59,431 bases of DNA from an uncultured virus (IMG/VR IMGVR_UViG_3300011691_000001) (lineage: Duplodnaviria > Heunggongvirae > Uroviricota > Caudoviricetes): IMG/VR virus record IMGVR_UViG_3300011691_000001; one strand, 5' to 3'. The position numbers and the translations under genes are program-made. Of the stretch, positions 9,319 through 18,788 are shown in pieces; positions within the stretch are counted from its first letter, which is position 1, and each line of letters opens with the position of its first letter. Under the pieces are notes generated by a model. The model was not told the DNA's origin. It ran no database searches and saw only the letters and a list, made by a program, of their open reading frames with translations.

Positions 9319-10020
9319 ATGGATAAAATAATTATTTATACTGATGGAGCATGTTCAGGTAATCAAAATGAAACTAACTATGGTGGTTGGGGAGTAGTGT
9401 TAAGACAAGGTGAAAATACAAAAGAATTGTTTGGTGGAGCAGTAAATACAACGAATAATAAGATGGAATTACAAGGAGCTATTGAAGGACTAAAAGCGTT
9501 AAATAAAACTAATATTCCAGTAGAGTTGTATTCAGATAGTAATTATGTGATTCAAGGTATTACTTCTTGGATTCATGGATGGAAAAAGAATGGTTGGAAG
9601 AATGCAAGCAAGAAACCTGTTGAAAATAAAGAATTGTGGATCGAATTAGATGAATTAAAAAGCAAATTTAAGGACATTCAATTCATTAAGGTTAAAGGTC
9701 ATAACGGAGTGGAATTAAATGAATTAGCGGATGATCTAGCTAACAAGGGAGTTGAACAAGCTAAATTAGATTCAAAAAATGCAGTAAACGAAATTAAAGA
9801 AGTGATCAAAGAGGAAATAGCCCAGAGCCATATAAGTATATGGGACAAATTAAAATTACAAATTGATAATCTAGAGATAATGTACAAACAATCTTTATCA
9901 GGAGCAGATATTGGTACATCTGTTTATTGGCAAGTTGAAACAATCAATGAAATTTTAAAAGGATTAGAAGAGCAAGTAGGTGCTGATAAAGTACGAGAAA
10001 AGTATACCGAAGCTTTTTGA
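9319..10020 (+). CDS. rnhA: ribonuclease HI with C-terminal extension
   Basis: YTDGACSGN, TTNNKMEL, SDSNYV, WKKNGWK, VKGH, NELAD. Confidence 0.9.
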   Translation: MDKIIIYTDGACSGNQNETNYGGWGVVLRQGENTKELFGGAVNTTNNKMELQGAIEGLKALNKTNIPVELYSDSNYVIQGITSWIHGWKKNGWKNASKKPVENKELWIELDELKSKFKDIQFIKVKGHNGVELNELADDLANKGVEQAKLDSKNAVNEIKEVIKEEIAQSHISIWDKLKLQIDNLEIMYKQSLSGADIGTSVYWQVETINEILKGLEEQVGADKVREKYTEAF

Positions 10021-10057
10021 TAATACCACTCTATTATTAAAAAAGGAGAAGATGTAG

Positions 10058-10642
10058 ATGACATTCAAATTTCCAAAAGAATATGAAGAAAAATTGAAAC
10101 AGGAAAATGATTTAAAGTATGTATTATTTGAGGATGGATCACAGAAGCATATATCTGAATTTGAAAATAAGAGTATAACACCAGATGAATATCATACTTT
10201 TAGAATGAATTCTTATGCTAGAAATGATATTTATCCTAAATTAACGAACGAAACATTACTTGAACAGGCTGAGTATTACATTTCACAATGCCATAAGCCA
10301 TATAGAATAAGCACATATAATGATGCGATTATTCATTTGATTTTACCTGAATTAATAAATAGATTTAAAAAATTGCAGTTATCTGACGTAAGTAAAGAAG
10401 AGTCTTCTATTCAATATTATAATGAAATGAAAATATTAGAAGAAAGTTTGAAAATATATAAAAATGAAAACGAATTGTACGAGACTTCTACTCACATTGA
10501 TGATTTTATGTACGAGTTACATCCAAATGAAAAAGGTGAAATTCCAATACTAATTAAAGTTCATGATGTAGAACATAGTTTAGGAATTACAGAAAAAGAT
10601 GCATATTCATTTATTCATATATTCCAAATGCATAAGGATTAA
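10058..10642 (+). CDS. hypothetical protein
   Basis: 194-aa ORF, AAAGGAG RBS. Confidence 0.65.
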   Translation: MTFKFPKEYEEKLKQENDLKYVLFEDGSQKHISEFENKSITPDEYHTFRMNSYARNDIYPKLTNETLLEQAEYYISQCHKPYRISTYNDAIIHLILPELINRFKKLQLSDVSKEESSIQYYNEMKILEESLKIYKNENELYETSTHIDDFMYELHPNEKGEIPILIKVHDVEHSLGITEKDAYSFIHIFQMHKD

Positions 10643-10778
10643 TTGGAAGAAAATGTTAAGTGGGTGATGTAGTGGATAGTTATACGTTTATATTTATATT
10701 AGGGTGGATTATTGGCGTATTAAATGGGGTAGCAGTAGGGATAGCAGAAAGAATTAAGAAAAGTCACTAATACATAAT

Positions 10779-10982
10779 TTGGTAGTCGTGCCAGAAAAAC
10801 TTTGTTTAGAAAGGATGAAAAATATGTTGCCAAAAAGATTAACCGCTAAAGAATTACGAGAAGAACTTAACAATTATGAGGATGATGCGGAAGTCTATTT
10901 TAATGCAAATGGGGAAATTTACAGTGTTACAGAAGTTAGTGAATCAGAAGTATTGAACGATAATGACATTGTTTTAGTTTAA
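10779..10982 (+). CDS. small acidic hypothetical protein
   Basis: ORF; true start probably downstream after AAAGGA. Confidence 0.5.
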   Translation: MVVVPEKLCLERMKNMLPKRLTAKELREELNNYEDDAEVYFNANGEIYSVTEVSESEVLNDNDIVLV

Positions 10983-11021
10983 ATAAAAGTGGAATTTTAT
11001 ATAAATAAATACATAAAACTA

Positions 11022-11050
11022 TTGATTATTTAAACTTAATATAGTAAGAT
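11022..11050 (+). promoter_or_regulatory. sigma-A-type promoter
   Basis: TTGATT-N17-TAAGAT preceded by ATAAATACATAA. Confidence 0.55.
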
Positions 11051-11172
11051 ATACATATTCTAGTAGAAATAAAGGAATGTAAATCCATTCTCAATCAGTA
11101 GTGAAGTTGTTATGTAGCAAATTGTCGGTGATTAATTAAATAAATACATAATGATGAATGGAGATGGGTGGT

Positions 11173-11358
11173 ATGAATGAAGAAATAAAGCAGCTAAATG
11201 AAGACTCCAGAATACAGGACAAGCTTCGAGAAGCATGGATCAAGCAGATGGAAATAGGGTATCAAGAAATGGCTGAAATTAATCTCGGATTAGCTGATGA
11301 GTGGTACAGTGCCGAAAATGAAGCAGAAGTGATTAATGAAGATTTTTTGAAACAATAA
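11173..11358 (+). CDS. MazE/EndoAI C-terminal-like antitoxin mimic (SPbeta YosL-like MazF inhibitor)
   Basis: MEIGYQEMAEINLGLADEWYSAENEAE resembles B. subtilis MazE toxin-binding segment MRRGYMEMAKINLNISSEAHFAECEAE (recalled); no RHH domain. Confidence 0.8.
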   Translation: MNEEIKQLNEDSRIQDKLREAWIKQMEIGYQEMAEINLGLADEWYSAENEAEVINEDFLKQ

Positions 11359-11374
11359 TAAAAAGTCAAAATTA

Positions 11375-11406
11375 GCAAGAGTACTTGTATTGAAAGGTAC
11401 TCTTGC
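11375..11406 (+). terminator. hairpin after the MazE-like gene
   Basis: GCAAGAGTAC...GTACTCTTGC inverted repeat. Confidence 0.5.
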
Positions 11407-11448
11407 AAGAGAGACTTGTTTAAACACTACACAAAAGGAGTGAATTAG

Positions 11449-11706
11449 ATGGCGAAAGATTGGAGCAGTAAGTCACACTTTAACAGGAAATCGACTCAAC
11501 AGTTTATTGTTACATACAGAGATAATAAAGTACTTGAAGGGCTGTCTGAGCTAGGGTCTATTACATATAAATCAAAAGTAATTAATGTTTTGTTTATTGA
11601 TACATATAAAGAGAAATATGATTTATTGAAAGTTGATGGTATATTGAGTGTGAGATCATCAAGTAATGGTAGATTACTAAATAATAAAGAGAGATATTAT
11701 ACATAG
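11449..11706 (+). CDS. hypothetical protein
   Basis: AAAGGAG RBS. Confidence 0.6.
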   Translation: MAKDWSSKSHFNRKSTQQFIVTYRDNKVLEGLSELGSITYKSKVINVLFIDTYKEKYDLLKVDGILSVRSSSNGRLLNNKERYYT

Positions 11707-11717
11707 AGGATAATTGA

Positions 11718-12338
11718 ATGGGAAAACTTACAAATGAAGAATTAGTAGAGTTATTCAATAGTGGGTTAGAAGATGCAGGTAATGAATTGTTCAATAAAAA
11801 TAAAGGATTAATTTGTAAAATAATCATTAAATATAATATGAAATGTAGACTAAGTGAAGAAGACATAACAAGTGCAGCTCATTATGGATTCGTTAATGCA
11901 ATTAAAACTTTCGATGTATCAAAAGGAATTAAATTCAGTACATATTGCTATAGGGTTATGAACAATGAAATCTATAAAAATATAAACTTCTATAAATATA
12001 AGAAAAACGATGACTCTAAATTGACCTTTTCATCATTGAATCAAGAGGTAAATGAAGAAGGTAGTATACTGGTGGATATTTTAGATGCATCAGAAAAAGA
12101 TGTTTTACATAAGAGTGATTTTACATACTTACATAATGCAATCGAATACGCAAAAACATGGGTTATTGATAAGTATCATCCATACTTGATCCCATTAATG
12201 TTCAGGGAAATTACAACTAATGAAGTAGCTCCATTAATAGGGGTTAGTGTAAGTACAGTAAGATATACAGTTCTATTGTTTAAAGAACATGTTCGTGAAT
12301 ACATATATCATTACTCAAGTGGTGAGATTGTTTCTTAA
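11718..12338 (+). CDS. phage sigma-70 family RNA polymerase sigma factor
   Basis: Region 2 motif EDITSAAHYGFVNAIKTFDVSKGIKFSTYCYRVMNNEI; region 4 HTH TTNEVAPLIGVSVSTVR. Confidence 0.85.
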   Translation: MGKLTNEELVELFNSGLEDAGNELFNKNKGLICKIIIKYNMKCRLSEEDITSAAHYGFVNAIKTFDVSKGIKFSTYCYRVMNNEIYKNINFYKYKKNDDSKLTFSSLNQEVNEEGSILVDILDASEKDVLHKSDFTYLHNAIEYAKTWVIDKYHPYLIPLMFREITTNEVAPLIGVSVSTVRYTVLLFKEHVREYIYHYSSGEIVS

Positions 12339-12384
12339 AATTAAATAAAAGAATTATATTATAGAAATAAAAAAAAGGATGATC

Positions 12385-12549
12385 TCATCCTTTGGGTTTA
12401 TTCTCAGACTTCTTATTAAGTTTTTGTAATGCTTCAATATACTTCTTAGCGATTTCTAATTCATCATCAGAAATTTCATTGAATAGGTTTTTCAATGCTA
12501 GGTGCTCATCACAATTAACTGTATTTGTATTAAGCTTTTCAGTCAACAT
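12385..12549 (-). CDS. small counter-oriented protein (54 aa, MLTEKLNTNTVNCDEHLALKNLF...)
   Basis: Translated by hand; AAGGA RBS; minus-strand terminator at 12371-12393. Confidence 0.5.
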   Translation of the reverse strand: MLTEKLNTNTVNCDEHLALKNLFNEISDDELEIAKKYIEALQKLNKKSENKPKG

Positions 12550-12662
12550 AATCAATCCTTTACAACTTATATCACATTCATGTTAGCATTTCGCATTGAT
12601 CATTTTCAAATAAAATGATTAAGGAGCCTAAATATGAATGATGGAGAGAAGGAGGGTTTAAT

Positions 12663-12848
12663 ATTAAGTTTTATCAGTTGCTTGAGGTAATTAGTACGAA
12701 ACAAATATTAACAATAATAATTGAGGGAATTCCAATATTCTCTGGGTTCGTTCAGCATATATCTGTAGATGATTTAGACATAAGGAATAAAGAAGTAGTA
12801 TGTATTATTACAACTTGGGATGGAACTTTGAAAATAGAGCTTCAATAA
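12663..12848 (+). CDS. hypothetical protein with probable ATT start
   Basis: Open frame after GGAGG RBS, ending in palindrome 12845. Confidence 0.4.
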   Translation: MKFYQLLEVISTKQILTIIIEGIPIFSGFVQHISVDDLDIRNKEVVCIITTWDGTLKIELQ

Positions 12849-12878
12849 AAAATAAGTATTATCGAAAGGAAACTGATA

Positions 12879-13109
12879 ATGAATAAATTAGAAATAATTA
12901 AGAAGCAATGGAATAAATATGAGACAGAATTTGGTGAAAGTGATTATATGGACATCGATACCCATACGAGCATGGCATTTAATGTTCCGAAATTATTAAA
13001 CAAATTAGATAAAATACATAAAGATTTAGTTCAGATGAAGAAGGTTGGAAATTGCACATATGTAGATATCGATTATATGTTAAATGCAATTGAAAATGAT
13101 AAATATTAA
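12879..13109 (+). CDS. hypothetical protein
   Basis: ORF with AAAGGA RBS. Confidence 0.55.
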   Translation: MNKLEIIKKQWNKYETEFGESDYMDIDTHTSMAFNVPKLLNKLDKIHKDLVQMKKVGNCTYVDIDYMLNAIENDKY

Positions 13110-13125
13110 TTAAGAGGTGACACTC

Positions 13126-13296
13126 ATGAGCTTAGATGGTTTTAAGTCCCATGTATTGAGAGAAATCGATACTCTTTATAAACAGTCAGAGAAGAGTAAT
13201 TTTGTTGCTAAATCATCAGAAGAGTTCAATAGGTTTGTATTTTTAAATGAAATTCTTGATGAATTAGAATTGTATGAGAAGAACGAAGTTAAATAA
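13126..13296 (+). CDS. small hypothetical protein (56 aa)
   Basis: GAGGTGA RBS; stop codon inside palindrome 13293. Confidence 0.55.
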   Translation: MSLDGFKSHVLREIDTLYKQSEKSNFVAKSSEEFNRFVFLNEILDELELYEKNEVK

Positions 13297-13326
13297 TAAT
13301 TCACTTTTATAAAAGGAGAGATAGTA

Positions 13327-13578
13327 ATGGATGAATTTTGTTATGATTTACCAAGGTTGAAAGCACGAGTGAAAGAATTAGAAGAACGTGAAGAGAATCT
13401 AGCAAAAATAAAATCTAAGCTAACTATTGGTACAATTATCCTTGACTTAGATGCAAATAAAGAAGCAAGGGTTACTAAATTGAAAAATGGAAGTAATGAC
13501 TTTGAAGCCGACTATTTAGATGGTTCGTATGGTAGAGGATATTACTATTTAGTGCCTAATTGGAAATTTATTAATTAA
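13327..13578 (+). CDS. hypothetical protein
   Basis: AAAGGAG RBS; flanked by palindromes. Confidence 0.6.
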   Translation: MDEFCYDLPRLKARVKELEEREENLAKIKSKLTIGTIILDLDANKEARVTKLKNGSNDFEADYLDGSYGRGYYYLVPNWKFIN

Positions 13579-13788
13579 ATAATAGTGCGATTTTATTTAA
13601 AAGGGGTGAATAAGTTGAAATTAAAAGGATTTCTATACAATTGTACTCCAAGGCTAGAAAACACTAGATACTACTACATTTTCAGATGGTTTGGATATGA
13701 ATTAGTTATTAATAAATAAAAATACATAATTAAAACTAAATAAAATACACGTTTTATTAAAAATACATAAGAAAAAGGAGATGATAAA

Positions 13789-14043
13789 TTGAATGATTTT
13801 GTAATCAATACCTTATCAATTTGTTCATATATATCAGCAGTATTAATTATAATTCTAGGATGTCTAGTGGTAACTAGTTTACTTCTATATCCTATTTGGT
13901 ACATATTTAACTTCTGGTTATATAAACGCATTAAAGGTGTTACTTATTTTGTGAAATTTATAAGATATAAGAAACAATTTATCAAGTGGTATAAAGATAC
14001 ACGACCAGATGTTTATAAACCTAAATTGAAAGAGGGAGAATAA
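13789..14043 (+). CDS. small membrane protein, paralog of 29926-30186
   Basis: Hydrophobic N-half; shared LYKRxKGVxYFVxFxRYKKQFIKWYK..RPDV. Confidence 0.75.
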   Translation: MNDFVINTLSICSYISAVLIIILGCLVVTSLLLYPIWYIFNFWLYKRIKGVTYFVKFIRYKKQFIKWYKDTRPDVYKPKLKEGE

Positions 14044-14047
14044 TATT

Positions 14048-14455
14048 ATGAATAAGTTAAACAAAAAGGAAGTAGTCAATGCTTTAAATAGTCTAGAGGT
14101 TATTGAAGCTAGTGGAGGAGATTGTGCATACGTACTAGTTGAAAATAGCAAAGAAAATCATGAAATACTAAATGAAGTAGGTATTTCAAGTGATACTATC
14201 AATCAATATGGTGATGGAGAAACATTCTGCATCTTGTCCTTAGGTTTTAGTGAGGGATTAATTGATTTATATGATGGAAGCAAATGTATTTGTTTTGATA
14301 ATGAAATTAAATTAAAAATCGATACTGGTAAAGAAATAGTTCTATATAAAACAGATGATAGTGTTAACATTTCAATCCATGAGGACAGTGGTGATGTGTA
14401 CATTAAAGAACTGTCTAAAGAGCAGATTAACGATATTGTTAATTTCTTATCTTAA
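14048..14455 (+). CDS. hypothetical protein
   Basis: 135-aa ORF with GGGAG RBS. Confidence 0.65.
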   Translation: MNKLNKKEVVNALNSLEVIEASGGDCAYVLVENSKENHEILNEVGISSDTINQYGDGETFCILSLGFSEGLIDLYDGSKCICFDNEIKLKIDTGKEIVLYKTDDSVNISIHEDSGDVYIKELSKEQINDIVNFLS

Positions 14456-14492
14456 ATAATAATCACATTTTATAAAAATTGGAGGAAGATAG

Positions 14493-15059
14493 ATGCATAA
14501 ATTTTATAAGGATTTAAAAGAAATGATCCTTAATCAAGATGAGTCGAATAAAAAGACTCTAATTCCTTACTATGAAACGTTATTTCAACTTAGTAATTAT
14601 CAAGAAATGAAAGAACTATTAGATACTTATCAGGAAAAAGAGTATATAATTGACTATAATGACGCAGATGAAAATGATTACCACTCTAATGGTTGGTTGG
14701 AGATTTACAGTCATAATGAATCTATTTCATTTACAATTGAATTAGATATTGGAGATATGCAAGGCGAGTACTGTCAATGTAATCCTAATGATGAAGGTTA
14801 TAGTGTAATTAAAGATTGCTGCGGAGTAAACTGCGATGTGCATTTACCAAAGGTAAGTATTCTAAAAGAAGTTAAACTGATTAATTATGAGTTTCAAGGA
14901 CAAGAGTGTGATCTATGGTCTTTAGAAGATAAGTGGTTATTAGATTTTGAAAAAGAATTATTATATAAGAAAAAGTTAGAAAAGGTAAGTAGTCTAGAAG
15001 CAGAAATTGAGCAGTTACAAAAACAATTAGCTGCTGTAAAATCCGATATTAAAAATTAA
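14493..15059 (+). CDS. hypothetical protein with Cys cluster and C-terminal coiled coil
   Basis: YCQC...CCGVNCD; GGAGG RBS. Confidence 0.7.
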   Translation: MHKFYKDLKEMILNQDESNKKTLIPYYETLFQLSNYQEMKELLDTYQEKEYIIDYNDADENDYHSNGWLEIYSHNESISFTIELDIGDMQGEYCQCNPNDEGYSVIKDCCGVNCDVHLPKVSILKEVKLINYEFQGQECDLWSLEDKWLLDFEKELLYKKKLEKVSSLEAEIEQLQKQLAAVKSDIKN

Positions 15060-15081
15060 TTAAATAAATACATAAAATAAC

Positions 15082-15109
15082 TTGAAATATAGAATAGTGG
15101 TGTTATACT
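15082..15109 (+). promoter_or_regulatory. sigma-A-type promoter
   Basis: TTGAAA-N16-TATACT with TG; near-identical context at 31492-31519. Confidence 0.6.
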
Positions 15110-15328
15110 AAGAGTATAGTTAAGAAAGGGAGTGAGGGCAATGGTCAGTAGATTGACTTACGAAGAAGAACAGGGAATTTTAAACGAATTGGATTACATA
15201 AATGATCAAACAGAATTTAATCGTGAAAATGCTGTTTGGTGTAGTAAGACAATCAAAAAGCTGCTACTAGAATTACATTTTATGAGAAATGATATTATAA
15301 ATAAAAATACATAAAAAAGGGTGATTGA

Positions 15329-15772
15329 ATGGTTGAGCCTCCTTTAGAGAAAAATGAAGTACAAATTACTTCTCAACACAGGATTGCAGTAGATAAATTA
15401 AACTTTGCATTAATGAATAAGTATGAGAAGAAAATATCCAGAGGTAAAAACGCTGAAGGTAGTGGTGAATTTGCTTATAACAAACAAAATGCAAGCTATT
15501 TTGGAAATCTAAAAGCATTAGGTAAACGCCTCATTGAAAAAGAATTTCTAGAGAATCTGAGCGAACAAGACTTAAGTCAAGTTGAGGATTTAAAAGAAGC
15601 AATTAATAAGGCGCTTGTACATATTGATAAGGTAGCGAAAGAAGTGTCAGAACATCTTACAGAAAATGTTATTGTTGATCTAGGAGAATCTACGAAGGGA
15701 AGAGGAAGAAAGAAAGTAAAAGGTGTAGAAATTGTAGATGAGGAAAATATCGATGATGGTGATGCTGATTGA
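15329..15772 (+). CDS. hypothetical protein
   Basis: 147-aa ORF. Confidence 0.65.
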   Translation: MVEPPLEKNEVQITSQHRIAVDKLNFALMNKYEKKISRGKNAEGSGEFAYNKQNASYFGNLKALGKRLIEKEFLENLSEQDLSQVEDLKEAINKALVHIDKVAKEVSEHLTENVIVDLGESTKGRGRKKVKGVEIVDEENIDDGDAD

Positions 15773-16185
15773 CAAAGTACGGTGCTAAAAAAGTAGTAGA
15801 AGATGATATTAAATTCGATTCAAAAATGGAACGTGATTACTACTTATATTTAAAGCAGCAACGTTTACAAGGTAAGATTAAAGGATTTACTTTACAACCG
15901 TCTTTCGAATTACAATCAAAGTTTGAAAAGGATGGTAAGAAGTACCGAGCAATTACATATAAAGCAGATTTTAAAGTTATACATAATGATGACAGTGTAG
16001 AAATAATTGATGTTAAAGGAATGACACAACCACTTTTCTTACTTAAAGAAAAGATGTATCATTACAAATTTGACTATCCACTTACTCTTATAACTTATAG
16101 TAAAATAGATGGTGGATGGATCACTCTTGAAGCTTTGAAGCAAGCTAGAGCATTACGAAAAAAGAATAAAAGTAAAAAGAAGTAA
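15769..16185 (+). CDS. DUF1064 family putative endonuclease/resolvase
   Basis: KYGAKK..FDSKME..Y, LQPSFEL, ITYKADF, IDVKG. Confidence 0.82.
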   Translation: MTKYGAKKVVEDDIKFDSKMERDYYLYLKQQRLQGKIKGFTLQPSFELQSKFEKDGKKYRAITYKADFKVIHNDDSVEIIDVKGMTQPLFLLKEKMYHYKFDYPLTLITYSKIDGGWITLEALKQARALRKKNKSKKK

Positions 16186-16193
16186 TCTAGACA

Positions 16194-16346
16194 AATTATC
16201 GAACCATAACCGATGTAAATAATTAAAATTTATCTATTGTTAGGTAATATATAAATAACACATGTTCTCAACTCATCAAATGTTCTCAATAAAATCCTAA
16301 TATTATTTAAGCTTTAGTTAGGTATATTGTGATTGGTTCGATAATT
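16194..16346. repeat. 13-bp perfect inverted repeat enclosing an AT-rich non-coding segment
   Basis: AATTATCGAACCA (16194-16206) / TGGTTCGATAATT (16334-16346); internal ATGTTCTCAA direct repeat. Confidence 0.7.
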
Positions 16347-16387
16347 AAAAAAGAAAATACATAATTGAAATGGAGAGATTTATTTAT

Positions 16388-17635
16388 ATGGTAAAACTGA
16401 ATAACACGTTTGAATTTGTAGGGAACTTAAAGTTTATGAGCGAGCCTGTAAAAACTAATGAATATACTTCTGGATGGACAAAGAAGGAATTAAAAGCAGT
16501 ATTAAATGAGTCAACAAAAAATGGAGTATTTTTATCTTTAGAAGGTGGATATTACAAATCAGCAGGTAAACCTGATAAAGTCTTCTCATTCACCAAAGGA
16601 ATGTTTGGAGAAAAAGGTAGTAAGTTAGAAGTTGCATGGGATGACCGTCATATTCCTACGATTGTAAATTCAGTAGCAGATTTCAGTAAAACAATTATTG
16701 ATCTAACAACAGATACTCAAGTTAAAGAAAAATATTATAAATTACGTGGAGACATTTGGACAATTGAAAGTAATGAAAATGCAACTGATGAAGACAAGCT
16801 GAAATTAGAAGAATTATATTCAGAATTGAAGACAACAGCTCCACACCGTTATGAATTTATTCATGAACTAGATGCTTTGGAATTTTTAGAAAAACATTCA
16901 GAAAAATTAAATGGTAAAAAGTTTAAGATTAAAGGTGAAGTACAAGTATCACATTGGAATGGGAAATTCTATACAAATTACGTACCGTCAATTATGGAGT
17001 TGGTGGATGAAGAAGTTCCTAATCAATTACTTGTAGATTTAGATTTATATTTTGGTAAAGATGTAATCAATGACACTCGTTTCAAAAAAGATAAAGTGAA
17101 AGTTTTTAATACATATATTTTAGCGTATGACTCAGGACATAAAAAAGACGTATTCTTCCCATTAACAACAGTATTAAATGCAAAAGATTACGATTTAGAA
17201 GGTAATCCTAAACATAAAGCTCATGTTGAAATTGTTGAAAAGTTTTTCACAGTAAAAGGTAAAAAAGTATTCCAACTACCCTATTCTGCAAAAGTAATAA
17301 ATGGATCTGAAGTTGGTGATTTCTCTGAAGCAAATCTAACAGAAGATCAAAAGCAACTTATTGATATTGGAATGGCTACATTAAATGATTTTAAACCTAA
17401 AGGACAAACATTTGGTGATAATGTAAATGAAATTCGTTTATTGTTCCCAAAAATTAAGAATTTGGGAGAAAATGCAGACTTCACTAAAGGAGCAATTGAA
17501 ACTAACTACGAACTATCTGCATTAGAATATAAAGCTATTGAACGAGGAAGTATAGTTTCAGATGTGAAAAATGAAGTGACTCAAGAGACAGAATCTAATC
17601 CATTTGATATCGACCCTGATGATTTGCCATTCTGA
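16388..17635 (+). CDS. putative ssDNA-binding/replication protein
   Basis: First gene of replication operon; acidic SSB-like tail DIDPDDLPF. Confidence 0.6.
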   Translation: MVKLNNTFEFVGNLKFMSEPVKTNEYTSGWTKKELKAVLNESTKNGVFLSLEGGYYKSAGKPDKVFSFTKGMFGEKGSKLEVAWDDRHIPTIVNSVADFSKTIIDLTTDTQVKEKYYKLRGDIWTIESNENATDEDKLKLEELYSELKTTAPHRYEFIHELDALEFLEKHSEKLNGKKFKIKGEVQVSHWNGKFYTNYVPSIMELVDEEVPNQLLVDLDLYFGKDVINDTRFKKDKVKVFNTYILAYDSGHKKDVFFPLTTVLNAKDYDLEGNPKHKAHVEIVEKFFTVKGKKVFQLPYSAKVINGSEVGDFSEANLTEDQKQLIDIGMATLNDFKPKGQTFGDNVNEIRLLFPKIKNLGENADFTKGAIETNYELSALEYKAIERGSIVSDVKNEVTQETESNPFDIDPDDLPF

Positions 17636-17725
17636 TAATCAATAATAAAGTAAATAATTTGAGTAGGAACAAGTTCTTACTGGATCATATTAAAATGAAT
17701 ACTAAAATAATGGAGGAATTAATTT

Positions 17726-18721
17726 ATGGCATTACGTAAACCATCTACAAAAAAAATCGGTGTAAAAGTTTTAACAACTGGAAATACAGGTACTGGTAAA
17801 TCATTATTTGGTCTATCATTCCCAAAGATTGCTGCATTAGATTCTGAAGCAGGTTTAGCTTTATATGAAGGAACTGAAGTGGGAGAAAACATTGTTGTAA
17901 TTGATAACACTATGTCTGTTACTGACTTAGAATCCACGTTTACTGAAATTGAAGAGATGTTAGAAGATGATCCAAATTCGATTGCAACATTAGTGATTGA
18001 TTCTGAAACTAAATTCTATCAAAACTTACAACATTCATGCTTAGACGTTGAAGAAAGACGTGCCGTAAGTAAGGGTGGAGACGTTAATGATACTAACCTT
18101 TCAGTTCGTTCATGGGGGCGTATTAAGCAAGTCGCACAACGTCTACAAAACTTGAAAATCGACTTATCAGCTAAGGGTGTAAATATCATTTCGGTTTCTC
18201 AAGTTGAAGATGTTAAGAAAAAAGTAGGCGAAAACTTTGTTAAAATTGGTGAAAAACCAGTAATGCCGAAGAATTCTGAATATGATTACGATATCATCAT
18301 TGATTTGTTTATTGAAAAAGATGAGAACGGGAACGAAGTATATAAAGGTGTAATTAAGAAAGACCGTACACGAGTTACTAAAGTTGGTGATGTATTTGAA
18401 AATCCTTCGTATGATATTTGGAAGAGTCATTTAGAGGGACGTAAAGATGCGGACACTATCTCATCTTCATTAACTAAAGATTTAGATAAAGACAAGAAAG
18501 CATTAGAACAAGAAGATCATGAAAAAGAGAACCCTATTGATGGTGTAAACGTGGAGCGAAATAAAGAATTAGCTCGTGAAATCTTAGAAAAATCAAATAA
18601 TACTACGGATGAAATTAAGAAGAAAGTTATTACATATATGACTGAAAATAAAGTGTCACTTAAAGCAGTTGATACTACATTGACTTCAGTTTATGAAGCT
18701 ACATTGTCTCAATTTAACTAA
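17726..18721 (+). CDS. AAA family ATPase (AAA_24/Sak4-like)
   Basis: Walker A GNTGTGKS, LDSE, LVIDS. Confidence 0.8.
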   Translation: MALRKPSTKKIGVKVLTTGNTGTGKSLFGLSFPKIAALDSEAGLALYEGTEVGENIVVIDNTMSVTDLESTFTEIEEMLEDDPNSIATLVIDSETKFYQNLQHSCLDVEERRAVSKGGDVNDTNLSVRSWGRIKQVAQRLQNLKIDLSAKGVNIISVSQVEDVKKKVGENFVKIGEKPVMPKNSEYDYDIIIDLFIEKDENGNEVYKGVIKKDRTRVTKVGDVFENPSYDIWKSHLEGRKDADTISSSLTKDLDKDKKALEQEDHEKENPIDGVNVERNKELAREILEKSNNTTDEIKKKVITYMTENKVSLKAVDTTLTSVYEATLSQFN

Positions 18722-18788
18722 TGCATAATTATATATGGAGGAGATTAATTTCTCCTCCTACATTTATAACAATGAGGTGTACATAATA

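Noticed and set aside
12392..12586. Plus-strand 64-aa ORF in the supplied track
   Set aside because: The opposite-strand ORF 12385-12549 has an RBS and terminator and is more credible
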